Positions 1 through 8,998 of a stretch of 64,000 nt of DNA are shown piece by piece. This DNA is from Armatimonadota bacterium (lineage in GTDB: Bacteria > Vulcanimicrobiota > JACPDS01 > JBDRKI01): NCBI GenBank assembly GCA_043814095.1, contig JBDRKI010000037.1, positions 1 to 64,000 of the forward strand, read 5' to 3'. Under the pieces are notes generated by a model. It saw only the letters and a list, made by a program, of their open reading frames with translations. It was not told where the DNA came from and made no database searches. Position 1 is the first letter of the stretch; each line of letters opens with the position of its first letter. The translations under genes were made by a program, and so were the position numbers.

Positions 1-65
1 CTTATTATATTAAGCTTTGTCTTACTATTATGAATAATTTTTAAAAAAGGAAATAATTAAAAATC

Positions 66-1871
66 ATGGTTAATAAAGAAAATTTAGATATAAGGAATGT
101 TGCTATTATCGCGCATGTGGATCACGGCAAGACTACTTTAGTGGATGCCCTGCTCAGACAAAGCGGAATTTTCCGCTCTAATGAAGCGGTGCCTGAAAGA
201 GTTATGGATTCCATGGACTTAGAGAGAGAGCGCGGTATTACCATCTCTGCTAAAAATTGCTGCCTGGAATGGGAAAACATTATAATCAATATTGTTGATA
301 CACCGGGGCATGCCGATTTCGGCGGGGAAGTAGAACGCACCTTATCAATGGTTGACGGGGCTCTGCTTCTTGTTGACGCGGCTGAGGGGCCTTTACCCCA
401 GACCCGTTTTGTTGTAAAAAAAGCGCTTGAAGCCAAACTTCCGCTTGTTTTAATCATAAATAAAATTGACCGCAAAGACGCGCAGACCAAAGAAGTGGAG
501 CAGGAAGTATTAAATCTTCTTCTGGAATGCGATGCTGATGTAAGTTATCTTGACAGTCCCGTGATATACGCGGATTCGAAGGCAGGATGTGCCACTTTGG
601 ATTTAGACGCAGAGCTTACCGATATGAGGCCTGTATTTGAAGCTATCAGAGATTATATCCCCAAACCGGAAGTAGAGTATGATGAGCCGTTGAGTATGAT
701 TGTGGCAAATTTAGGATATTCGGATTATGTTGGACGGCTGGCTATAGGCAGGATGAAGTCCGGCAGGATAAATGTTAACGATTCCGTGCTTGTTGCCGGA
801 AAGACCGGAAATTATCAGGGCAAAATTACGCGTATTTACGGGTACAGGGGTCTTAAAATGGTGGAGTTTCCGCGTGCTATGGCAGGTCAGATAGTTGTTC
901 TTGCGGGTATAGAGGCGATAACCATAGGTGATACGGTTACTTCGGTTGAAAAACCTTTAATTCAGCCACGTATAGAGGTGGAAGAGCCGACAGTGAAGAT
1001 GCGGTTTGCGGCTAATACATCGCCTTTCGGCGGCCGTGAAGGCAAACATGTAACAGGCAATAAGCTTAAAGAGCGGTTAGAGCGCGAAGGGCGCCAGAAT
1101 GTTTCTATAAGGGTTGCGGAAGGCGCAACCCCCGAAGAATTTATGGTATCGGGCAGGGGAGAGCTTCAGCTTGCCATTATCATTGAAACAATGAGGCGTG
1201 AAGGATATGAAATGGAAGTTGGCAGGCCGTCAGTTATAGAAAAAGAAATAAACGGCGTAATTTGCGAGCCGTTTGAAGATTTAACGGTGGATATTCCGGA
1301 GCAGTATATCGGGATTGTAAAAGAGCTTCTTTCTTCAAGTAAAGGCATAATTACCAATATGATAGGGTTCGGCACGGCCAGGATGCGGCTAGATTTTCAT
1401 ATTCCCTCAAGAGGACTTATCGGCATCCGTTCAACTTTTTTAACGCTTACTCGCGGTACAGGCATCATGTATTCTATATTTCACGGATATGAGCCGTGGG
1501 CCGGAGATATTCCTTCACGTATTAATGGTGCGCTGGTAGCGGACAGGGCAGGCCGCGCGACTGCTTACGCGGTAGTCGGCCTGGAAGCAAGAGGCCGGCT
1601 TTTTGTTAAACCGGGTGATGAGGTTTATGAAGGCATGATAGTAGGGGAGCACTCCAGGGAAAATGATCTTGAAGTAAATATAACAAAGCAGAAAAATCTT
1701 ACTAATATGCGCGCCGCCTCAAGCGATCAGACAGTAGTCTTAACTCCTCCTTTAATACATACTCTGGAAAGCGCTATGGAATGGATTAAAGAAAACGAAG
1801 TTATTGAAGTAACCCCGAAATCTCTTAGATTAAGAAGATTATACGCTAAATTTGTGCCGAAAAATAAATAA
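66..1871 (+). CDS. typA: Translational GTPase TypA/BipA
   Basis: G1 AHVDHGKTT, G2 RERGITI, G3 DTPGHADFGGEVER, NKID; C-terminal EVTPKSLRLR typical of BipA; 601 aa. Confidence 0.97.
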   Translation: MVNKENLDIRNVAIIAHVDHGKTTLVDALLRQSGIFRSNEAVPERVMDSMDLERERGITISAKNCCLEWENIIINIVDTPGHADFGGEVERTLSMVDGALLLVDAAEGPLPQTRFVVKKALEAKLPLVLIINKIDRKDAQTKEVEQEVLNLLLECDADVSYLDSPVIYADSKAGCATLDLDAELTDMRPVFEAIRDYIPKPEVEYDEPLSMIVANLGYSDYVGRLAIGRMKSGRINVNDSVLVAGKTGNYQGKITRIYGYRGLKMVEFPRAMAGQIVVLAGIEAITIGDTVTSVEKPLIQPRIEVEEPTVKMRFAANTSPFGGREGKHVTGNKLKERLEREGRQNVSIRVAEGATPEEFMVSGRGELQLAIIIETMRREGYEMEVGRPSVIEKEINGVICEPFEDLTVDIPEQYIGIVKELLSSSKGIITNMIGFGTARMRLDFHIPSRGLIGIRSTFLTLTRGTGIMYSIFHGYEPWAGDIPSRINGALVADRAGRATAYAVVGLEARGRLFVKPGDEVYEGMIVGEHSRENDLEVNITKQKNLTNMRAASSDQTVVLTPPLIHTLESAMEWIKENEVIEVTPKSLRLRRLYAKFVPKNK

Positions 1872-1890
1872 ATTTATTTTTGTATTTTCA

Positions 1891-1919
1891 TTGCTATTAT
1901 TTACGATACATGCTACAAT
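1891..1919 (+). promoter_or_regulatory. Sigma70-type promoter of the RRM gene
   Basis: TTGCTA (1891-1896), 17 bp spacer, TG-c-TACAAT extended -10 (1911-1919). Confidence 0.65.
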
Positions 1920-2086
1920 ATATGAGTTGGTTAGATGTTCGTCGAAATAGTACTTGTTTCGCAACAAGCGGGTTTATCCCGCAGGCTTCCTTTAATGAGA
2001 GTAATTGCGGCTACAAGAATGTTTAAGATTGAATGACAGCCGATAATTATTACACCGGCAAAGACCGGAAGAAGGGAGCCATCTAA

Positions 2087-2395
2087 ATGGCTAAGAAATT
2101 ATATGTAGGAAACCTTTCCTACGACACAACTGAAGAGAGCTTAAAGACTCTTTTCACACAGTACGGTGAAGTTGAATCAGTAGCGATAATTACTGATCGC
2201 GACACCGGCAGAAAAAAAGGATTTGGCTTTGTTGAAATGTCAACTGACGAATCAGCAAAATCAGCAATCGAAAGCCTCAATGAAAAAGAATTTGAGGGAA
2301 GAAATCTGAACGTAAACGAAGCCAGAGAAAAGACCTCAAGAGGACCGGGAAGCGGTTCTTCAAGAGGCGGTTACGGCAACAGAAGAAGCTATTAA
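2087..2395 (+). CDS. RNA-binding protein, single RRM domain with Gly/Arg-rich tail
   Basis: RNP2 LYVGNL, RNP1 KGFGFVEM, tail SSRGGYGNRRSY; SD AAGGGAG. Confidence 0.95.
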   Translation: MAKKLYVGNLSYDTTEESLKTLFTQYGEVESVAIITDRDTGRKKGFGFVEMSTDESAKSAIESLNEKEFEGRNLNVNEAREKTSRGPGSGSSRGGYGNRRSY

Positions 2396-2420
2396 TTAAT
2401 AGTTAATCTATTTCGTAATA

Positions 2421-2454
2421 AAAGAGGCTGTCTGAGAAATCAGACAGCCTCTTT
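2421..2454. terminator. Bidirectional intrinsic terminator
   Basis: AAAGAGGCTGTCTGA-gaaa-TCAGACAGCCTCTTT perfect 15-bp stem between convergent genes. Confidence 0.85.
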
Positions 2455-2458
2455 ACTA

Positions 2459-2794
2459 TTACTTCTCACAAGGTACTTTTTGGAGCATCTTATTTCTCTG
2501 CCATGGCCAGCATCCTTCAACTTCCAGCTGCATGGACATGCTAAGGAATGTTCTTATTAAAACTATGATGCCCAGTGTGATTACATTGGGGATAGTAGGC
2601 GCGATAACAACGGTGCGGATGATATCTCCGGCTACAAGTAGCTCTAACCCCAGCAATATGGCTTTTCCCAAAGAAGTGCGGTATGCCTGGAATGAACGTC
2701 CCTGTTTTTTGAAAACGTATACAACACTGGCAAGTATGGTTCCTATTACAATTACCAGCACTCCTACGGCGTCAATAAACATTCCTAATGCCAT
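2459..2794 (-). CDS. DUF1622 family small membrane protein
   Basis: R.SLGKAILLGLELLVAGDIIRTV...LGIIVLIRTFLS...EVEG.WPWQ signature. Confidence 0.88.
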   Translation of the reverse strand: MALGMFIDAVGVLVIVIGTILASVVYVFKKQGRSFQAYRTSLGKAILLGLELLVAGDIIRTVVIAPTIPNVITLGIIVLIRTFLSMSMQLEVEGCWPWQRNKMLQKVPCEK

Positions 2795-2825
2795 TATAAT
2801 ATCTTTATAATCTGTAATATTAATG

Positions 2826-3380
2826 TTACACCTCCGTTGATCTTAGAAATTCTAATAAGCTTTCAACCGGTTTAGGGAGAGCAGCTTTTTCCATAGCAGC
2901 CTGAAAAAAATTATCACGGCTTGCCTGAGGACAGAATGCGATAAGCTTCTGTATAAATGCCTGCACGTTAATATTCAGTGAATATGCGGCATCGGCTCCC
3001 AGGGCTTTACGGAAGTTAAAGGATGAGGCCATAAGATACCAAAATTCTTTTACGTTTTTAACCCTCATACCCAGAACATACTGCAGGTCTTCTGTCGTGG
3101 TTGCTTTTTCTTTTGTTTTTTTAGAGAGGGGATTAACAGGGATACCTATGGCTAAAAGGGCTGTAGATCCTAATGCGCTCCCGCCTTTTTTCTCGGTTGT
3201 AAAATGAAGTGATTCCCTGCGGATGCGCGCTCCGTGAATGGATAATATATCATCCACGGGTACTTTATGGGTGGAGCCGTCTTCCAGTTCTATGGAGAGA
3301 GCTTTCTCGTCTTGCATAAAGCAGACAGTTATAATACGGGTATGCGGCGGAAAGCTTGTTTCTTCAAAGTTTTCTGTCAT
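2826..3380 (-). CDS. Hypothetical protein
   Basis: 184-aa ORF with AAGGA SD and an upstream SigH-like promoter; no family recognised. Confidence 0.7.
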   Translation of the reverse strand: MTENFEETSFPPHTRIITVCFMQDEKALSIELEDGSTHKVPVDDILSIHGARIRRESLHFTTEKKGGSALGSTALLAIGIPVNPLSKKTKEKATTTEDLQYVLGMRVKNVKEFWYLMASSFNFRKALGADAAYSLNINVQAFIQKLIAFCPQASRDNFFQAAMEKAALPKPVESLLEFLRSTEV

Positions 3381-3456
3381 AATTTTATCCTTTAAGTGTA
3401 TATTTAATGGTTAAACATATATTTCTTCACTGTTACTGTTTGTCCTCCGGATATAA

Positions 3457-3482
3457 AGGAAATTCTGGATTTTTGTTGAAAT
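3457..3482 (+). promoter_or_regulatory. SigH-like promoter
   Basis: AGGAAAT at 3457, GAAAT 21 nt later at 3478. Confidence 0.5.
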
Positions 3483-3527
3483 TAAATGTTAGAAAGGGTA
3501 ATTTTTTAATTAAGGAAAACATGTTTT

Positions 3528-3737
3528 ATGATGAAAAACCCGGAATATTTTGAAAAATTTGAGAAAGATTTTATCGCAAAACAAAAGCTTCCATATGAAA
3601 AAGCGTTAAAAATATTTGAAGCGATGTGGGAAGAAGGCGTCTCTTTAGGCGTTTTGCCCGCCAAAAATCCGATGGAAGGCATAGAAGTAGATATAAGAGT
3701 CGCGAGGATTTTAAATTCATGTTTAAAGAGCTTATAA
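3528..3737 (+). CDS. Small protein, putative antitoxin partner of the downstream nucleotidyltransferase
   Basis: 69 aa, AAGGA SD, overlaps the start of the next gene. Confidence 0.65.
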   Translation: MMKNPEYFEKFEKDFIAKQKLPYEKALKIFEAMWEEGVSLGVLPAKNPMEGIEVDIRVARILNSCLKSL

Positions 3738-4279
3738 CAAAACTTGCAAAAATTTTCAATAAAAATTTAACTCCTTATATGATAATAGGAGGGCAGGCAG
3801 TTATTCTTTACGGGGAGCCGCGCCTTACAAGAGATATTGATATAACGCTTGGCATAGGCACGGAAAAACTTGACAATATTTTAAATATAGTAAAAGAGCT
3901 GAACCTTAAAATACTGGCTGAAGACATACCGTCTTTTGTTAAAAAAACAATGGTACTGCCCGTCATGGATGAACCCACGGGAATAAGAATAGATTTTATA
4001 TTTTCGTTTACTCCGTATGAAAAACAGGCGATACAGAGAGGTAAAAAAGTTTTACTTGATAACGTCGAGGTTAATTTTGCTTCAGTTGAAGACCTTATAA
4101 TACATAAAATTTTTGCCAATAGGGCAAGGGACTTAGAAGATGTAAAAAATATTATTCTTAAAAATTCGGATATTGACGAAATATATATAAAGAAATGGCT
4201 TCGAGAATTTGACACCGCCTTACAAGAAAGTAGTTTTATAAGCGTTTTTGAAAATATCTTAAAAGATTTTAAGATATAG
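3719..4279 (+). CDS. Nucleotidyltransferase (DUF6036/AbiEii-like), putative TA toxin
   Basis: YMIIGGQAVILYGEPRLTRDIDI and EDLIIHKIFANRARDLEDV motifs; start moved from 3626 to ATG 3719 (MFKELITKL). Confidence 0.8.
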   Translation: MFKELITKLAKIFNKNLTPYMIIGGQAVILYGEPRLTRDIDITLGIGTEKLDNILNIVKELNLKILAEDIPSFVKKTMVLPVMDEPTGIRIDFIFSFTPYEKQAIQRGKKVLLDNVEVNFASVEDLIIHKIFANRARDLEDVKNIILKNSDIDEIYIKKWLREFDTALQESSFISVFENILKDFKI

Positions 4280-4315
4280 CCCCGTCTCCTATTTTTTCTC
4301 TAAATTTACAAAATT

Positions 4316-5773
4316 ATGAAAAAAATATTAAGTAAAACAAGATATCTTTTAGGAAAGCAATGTCATAAGCTCATCTGGCATTATTATAATGCGAAAGACC
4401 GGATTCCGGATGCTGGTGATGCTCTTCTTGCCATATTTGAAGAAGGGAAATTTGTCGGGAGATACGCAAGGAAGCTTTTTCCGGGCGGGATAGAGATAAA
4501 GTATGATCCCGATGTATATAATACCCATAAAAAGAGCATGGAATCATTAAAACACAGAAGGCCTCTTTTTGAACCCGGCTTTCTATATGATAACTGTTAT
4601 GCGAAGCCCGATATACTTCTGCCCGTGGAAGATGATTTATGGGATATAGTTGAGGTTAAATCAGCCACAAAGGTTAAAGAGGTAAATTATGAGGATGTGG
4701 CTTTCCAGAAGTATGTTTACCAGAACTGCGGGATAAAGGTAAGGAAGTGTTATATAGTCCATATAAATAATGAGTATGTAAGGGATGGCGCTGTTAATGT
4801 TAAAGAATTATTTAATATGGTTGATGTTACGGATGAAGTTGATAATATAGAGCTTAATATAGGGGAAATATTAGATGTAATAGGGGAGAAGAACTATAGG
4901 GATATAAGTATAGGGAAACACTGCAGTGATCCTTATGATTGCCCTTTAAAAGAGAACTGTTTCTCTTTTTTACCCGAGCATAATGTTTTATCTTTATACA
5001 GGTTCAGTAAAGATGACGCGTACAATCTTATAAAAGAGGGCGTATTAAATATAGTTGATATCCCCCCTTATACTAATTTAAATGAGAAGCAGCAGATCCA
5101 GGCAGAATCTGTAAGAGATAATAAGGCTAATATAGATAAAAACGGCATTAAGGATATATTATCTAAAATAGAATATCCGGCTCATTATCTTGATTTTGAG
5201 ACAATAGGCCCTGCAATACCTTTATTTGATAAAACAAAACCTTACCAGCATATACCTTTCCAGTTTTCCCTGCATATTGTAGATACCCCCGGAGGGAACC
5301 CCAAACATTACTCTTTCCTTTATGATGGCAAAGATGATCCAAGGCATGAATTTATGAGAAAGCTTAAAGAGTATATAAAAGATAAAGGCAGTATAATTGT
5401 TTATTATAAATCTTTTGAAGAGGGTATATTAGAAGGATGCTCTTCCTTTTTACCTGAATATTCGGAATGGGTGGAAGATATTACAGGGAGGGTTTTTGAC
5501 CTGTATGAAGTCTTTAAATCTTTTTGTTATTACCATCCCGCTCAGAAAGGGAGCGCGTCCATAAAAAGCGTTTTACCCGTTCTTACAGAAAGAAAATACA
5601 GCGACCTTGATATAACCAAGGGGGATATGGCAAGCAGGGAGTATTACAGGGTTATGTATACGGATAATAATAAAGATAAAGAAAAAGTATTTAAAAATCT
5701 TAAAGATTACTGTTTCTTAGATACTATAGGTATGGTAGATATAGTAGATAGGCTTAACCGCTTTCTTCTATAA
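4316..5773 (+). CDS. DUF2779-domain protein with N-terminal Cas4/RecB-like PD-(D/E)XK nuclease
   Basis: KPDIL...DIVEVKS motif; Cys in QCHK plus HCSDPYDCPLKENC; C-terminal YLDFET...PYQHIPFQFSLH. Confidence 0.85.
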   Translation: MKKILSKTRYLLGKQCHKLIWHYYNAKDRIPDAGDALLAIFEEGKFVGRYARKLFPGGIEIKYDPDVYNTHKKSMESLKHRRPLFEPGFLYDNCYAKPDILLPVEDDLWDIVEVKSATKVKEVNYEDVAFQKYVYQNCGIKVRKCYIVHINNEYVRDGAVNVKELFNMVDVTDEVDNIELNIGEILDVIGEKNYRDISIGKHCSDPYDCPLKENCFSFLPEHNVLSLYRFSKDDAYNLIKEGVLNIVDIPPYTNLNEKQQIQAESVRDNKANIDKNGIKDILSKIEYPAHYLDFETIGPAIPLFDKTKPYQHIPFQFSLHIVDTPGGNPKHYSFLYDGKDDPRHEFMRKLKEYIKDKGSIIVYYKSFEEGILEGCSSFLPEYSEWVEDITGRVFDLYEVFKSFCYYHPAQKGSASIKSVLPVLTERKYSDLDITKGDMASREYYRVMYTDNNKDKEKVFKNLKDYCFLDTIGMVDIVDRLNRFLL

Positions 5774-6968
5774 TCTTCTCGGCAAGCTCTTCATAAGAGA
5801 GAGCGCGTCTTGCAAGAAAATCTTTACCGTCTTTAATTATTACTTCGGCAGGCATAGGCCTTAAGTTATATACCCCGCCCATGGAGTAGCAGTATGCGCC
5901 TGCATTTAATACGGCAAGGTAATCTCCTTCCCTTATTCCGGGAAGTTCTCTTTCTTTGGCGAAGAAATCGCCTGATTCGCATATATTGCCGTAAATATCG
6001 TATTTTTCTGTTTTCCCGTTAGGGTTTGACAGGTTCCATATATGGTGGTAGGCATTATAAAGTACCGGCCTTATAAGGTGAGGGAATCCGGAATCTGTCC
6101 CCGCTATATTAAGGTTTTCTGTGTGTTTTATGGTATTAACGCGTACTATAAGGAAACCGGCTTCTGCGGTGATATATTTACCCGGTTCAAAGTAAAGGTT
6201 AAGTTTCCTGCCGTAATTTTTGCAGAATTTATCAAACATTTCAACTGTTTTATCACCGAATAAGGAGTAATCGGTTCTTTTGCCTTCGGGTTTATAAGGG
6301 ACGCTGAATCCTCCTCCGAAATCGATAAATTCAAGGTGTGGGAAATTTTTTATAGATGCAATATCCAACAGTTCTTCCATACTTTCAAATATTTTTTCCG
6401 TATCGCCTATGCCTGAGCCTGTATGTTCATGAAGTCCAGTTACTTTTAAATTATATTTTTTAGATATCTCTATAACTTTATCAAGGTCTCTTAACATTAT
6501 ACCGAACTTAGAATCTTCACCTGATGTTATGACAAAATCATGTTCGCCTGCTCCTATGCCTGTGTTAAATCTTACGCAGATCTTCCCGCCCGGGAAGTTT
6601 TTCCCGAACATCTCAAGTGAGGATAGCGCGTCAATATTCTGTATGACGCCGAGCGCGTATACTTTTTTCATCTCATCAAGGGATATATTGTTAGCTGTAT
6701 AGAGAATGTCTTTTTTGTTAAAACCTGCTTTTAAAGCAAGGATAACCTCGCCCAGGCTTACCGCGTCAATTCCCGCGCCGAGCTCTTTAAGGAGTTTAAG
6801 TATATGGAAATTATAGTTTGCCTTCATGGCGTAGAAAATTTTTACACCCGGCCATTTTATAGATGTACACAGCTCTGTATACCTTTTCTCTACGGTATCT
6901 GCATCATAAACATAAAGAGGTGTCCCGTATTTTTTTCCAAGCTCAAGCAGTTTATTTTTAAGAGGCAT
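5754..6968 (-). CDS. lysA: Diaminopimelate decarboxylase
   Basis: YAMKAN PLP lysine, HxGS, DFGGGF, EPGKY, GNICESGD, AGAY; directly downstream of aspartate kinase. Confidence 0.93.
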   Translation of the reverse strand: MPLKNKLLELGKKYGTPLYVYDADTVEKRYTELCTSIKWPGVKIFYAMKANYNFHILKLLKELGAGIDAVSLGEVILALKAGFNKKDILYTANNISLDEMKKVYALGVIQNIDALSSLEMFGKNFPGGKICVRFNTGIGAGEHDFVITSGEDSKFGIMLRDLDKVIEISKKYNLKVTGLHEHTGSGIGDTEKIFESMEELLDIASIKNFPHLEFIDFGGGFSVPYKPEGKRTDYSLFGDKTVEMFDKFCKNYGRKLNLYFEPGKYITAEAGFLIVRVNTIKHTENLNIAGTDSGFPHLIRPVLYNAYHHIWNLSNPNGKTEKYDIYGNICESGDFFAKERELPGIREGDYLAVLNAGAYCYSMGGVYNLRPMPAEVIIKDGKDFLARRALSYEELAEKIIEESG

Positions 6969-6981
6969 GGTATCTACTCCT

Positions 6982-8316
6982 TTATCTGAAAAACGCTTTA
7001 TGGAGTTCGGTTAAAGCTTTTTTTAATTCTTTATCGTTGAATATAAAGCTGATGTTTACTTTGGAAGAGCCCTGGCTTATCATCTGCACGTTTATCTTTT
7101 TCTTGAGAAGCACGTCAAAGACTTTTTCAAGTATTTTTGAAGACTTCTTAACATCGCAGATTACGGTAACCATGGCTTTATTCGTGCTTACCGAAACATT
7201 GGCTATTTCCTCAAGTTCTTTTGTGAGCTTATCAAGCTTTTTAGAAAGATTCTGTTCTTTATTGAGGGTTAAGGATATGCTTATCTCACTTGAAGCTATC
7301 ATATCAACTGATATCTCGTATTTCGCGAATAGATGGAATACTTTCTCTAAGAAGCCGTGAAGCCCGAGCATCCTTGTGCTTACTATATCTATAAGGGTTA
7401 TATGCCTCTGGGAGGTAATAACTTTTACAAGTTTATTTGAAGTAATTTTTTTCTTTATAACCGTTCCGGGGTGCTCCGGGTTATAGGAATTTTTAACCCT
7501 TACCGGTATATTTTTCTCCATCGCGGGGATGATGCTCCTGGGATGGAGTATCTTAGCCCCGAAATACGCAAGCTCTGATGCTTCTTCAAATGATATTTCG
7601 TTTACGGGTTTTGCGCCGGGTACTGTTTTGGGATCTGTTGACATTAATCCGTCAACATCTTTCCAGACCTGTACTTCTTTAACCGAAAGCGCTGCTCCTA
7701 TAAGTGATGCGGTAAGATCGCTCCCGCCTCTCCCGAATGTCGTTATGTTCCCTTTTTTGTCTTTGCCTATGAATCCGGTTATAAAGGGGGTGTAGGTGTA
7801 TTTCTTTTTTAGATCTCCCAGGTTTTTCTGTAAGTTTTTCAAGCTTTCAGGAAGAGGGGAGGAGTTCTGGAATTCAGATGTTGTTATGATTCCTAAGTCC
7901 CATGAGTCGAAGCATTTTGATTTTATACCGGTTTTTTCAAAATATGAAGATATTATCCTTATACTTAATCTCTCACCGAAAGATACAAGCAGGTCTTTTG
8001 TTCTTTTGGAAAGCTCTTTTATAAGGGAGATGCCTGATAGGAGCTCTTTAAGTTCGCTTAAGATTCGGTTTATGCCTTTTAAGGGTATACCCAGCTCCCT
8101 TGCTGTTGTTTTATGAAGTTCTTCAATCTCTTTTATATCAACTTTTCTTTCATGCAGGGCTTTTTCCCCGCTTTTTATGAGAAGATCCGTTGTATCGCCC
8201 ATAGCGGATAAAACCACAACAGGTTTTTTGCTTAAATTATCTTTTATTATTTCCGATATATGAATAATACGCCGGCTGTCTTTTATAGAGCTCCCGCCGA
8301 ATTTCATTATAATCAT
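6982..8316 (-). CDS. lysC: Aspartate kinase
   Basis: MKFGGSS, SAMGDTTD, FGRGGSDLTA, WKDVDG, ELAYFGAKILHP, C-terminal ACT domains. Confidence 0.93.
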   Translation of the reverse strand: MIIMKFGGSSIKDSRRIIHISEIIKDNLSKKPVVVLSAMGDTTDLLIKSGEKALHERKVDIKEIEELHKTTARELGIPLKGINRILSELKELLSGISLIKELSKRTKDLLVSFGERLSIRIISSYFEKTGIKSKCFDSWDLGIITTSEFQNSSPLPESLKNLQKNLGDLKKKYTYTPFITGFIGKDKKGNITTFGRGGSDLTASLIGAALSVKEVQVWKDVDGLMSTDPKTVPGAKPVNEISFEEASELAYFGAKILHPRSIIPAMEKNIPVRVKNSYNPEHPGTVIKKKITSNKLVKVITSQRHITLIDIVSTRMLGLHGFLEKVFHLFAKYEISVDMIASSEISISLTLNKEQNLSKKLDKLTKELEEIANVSVSTNKAMVTVICDVKKSSKILEKVFDVLLKKKINVQMISQGSSKVNISFIFNDKELKKALTELHKAFFR

Positions 8317-8449
8317 AATGCTGCCTCGGTGTATTAATAATACCTATAATTAATACCTTATTTTAACATAAAAAGCAATAAGGAAATGGAAATATAAAGA
8401 AAAGATTTATTTGTTTTTAAGAATGAAACAGATAAATTAGCTTTTCTAC

Positions 8450-8477
8450 TTGACTGTTATATCAAATTTGATATAAT
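8450..8477 (+). promoter_or_regulatory. Sigma70 promoter with overlapping 20-bp palindromic operator of the TA locus
   Basis: TTGACT (8450-8455) and TG-a-TATAAT (8469-8477); perfect palindrome TTATATCAAA/TTTGATATAA at 8457-8476. Confidence 0.75.
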
Positions 8478-8483
8478 CATATT

Positions 8484-8644
8484 CTGAAATGGACAATAGA
8501 ATTATACAGTGATATTAAATATTTCTTTTTAGAATTTTATATTTTTTAATCAAAGATACTTTTGTGGTTGTACATGCATTTATAAAGAAAAGACAAAAAA
8601 TTCAAAAAAATGAAATGCGTATAGCTCTAAAAAGGAAGGGTTAA
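8484..8644 (+). pseudogene. Remnant of a RelE/HigB-family (Gp49-like) toxin gene
   Basis: N-terminal fragment (CTG)KWTIELYSD from 8484; in another frame FRILYFLIKDTFVVVHAFIKKRQKIQKNEMRIALKRKG* at 8528-8644; central part missing. Confidence 0.75.
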
Positions 8645-8648
8645 TAAA

Positions 8649-8930
8649 ATGGAAAAATGGAAAAATGTTAGAAAAGAAATATTAAGCAATTCGAAAGTTG
8701 CTAAAGAATACGACAAGTTAACTTCTGTTGATATTGCCGCACAAATAATAAATGCCAGAGAGAAAAAAGGCATTACCCAGTCTGAACTTGCGGATATGGC
8801 TGGAACTAGTCAATCCGCGATTGCCAGACTTGAAAGCGGGAGACACTGCGGATGTTCTATTAGAACCCTGGTAAAAATTGCCCGTGCTCTGGGATTTACT
8901 TTGAAAGTTAGTCTTCAACCTGCATTATAA
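8649..8930 (+). CDS. XRE/HTH protein, HigA-like antitoxin
   Basis: AREKKGITQSELADMAGTSQSAIARLESG...SIRTLVKIARALG; directly after the toxin remnant. Confidence 0.85.
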   Translation: MEKWKNVRKEILSNSKVAKEYDKLTSVDIAAQIINAREKKGITQSELADMAGTSQSAIARLESGRHCGCSIRTLVKIARALGFTLKVSLQPAL

Positions 8931-8998
8931 AATGCGGTAATGCTGTTCAGAAAATATAATATAAATAAGGAACGGGATTTTCTCCGGGAGGATTAATA

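Noticed and set aside
3626-3718. Arg-rich N-terminal extension of the nucleotidyltransferase
   Set aside because: It overlaps the upstream 69-aa gene in another frame; ATG 3719 fits the expected domain start.
4316-5773. Cas4-like motifs as evidence of a CRISPR-Cas locus
   Set aside because: No cas1/cas2 or array in the window; the DUF2779 fusion appears stand-alone.
8317-8450. Lysine riboswitch upstream of lysC
   Set aside because: The region is short and very AT-rich, with no stems or L-box conserved sequence.
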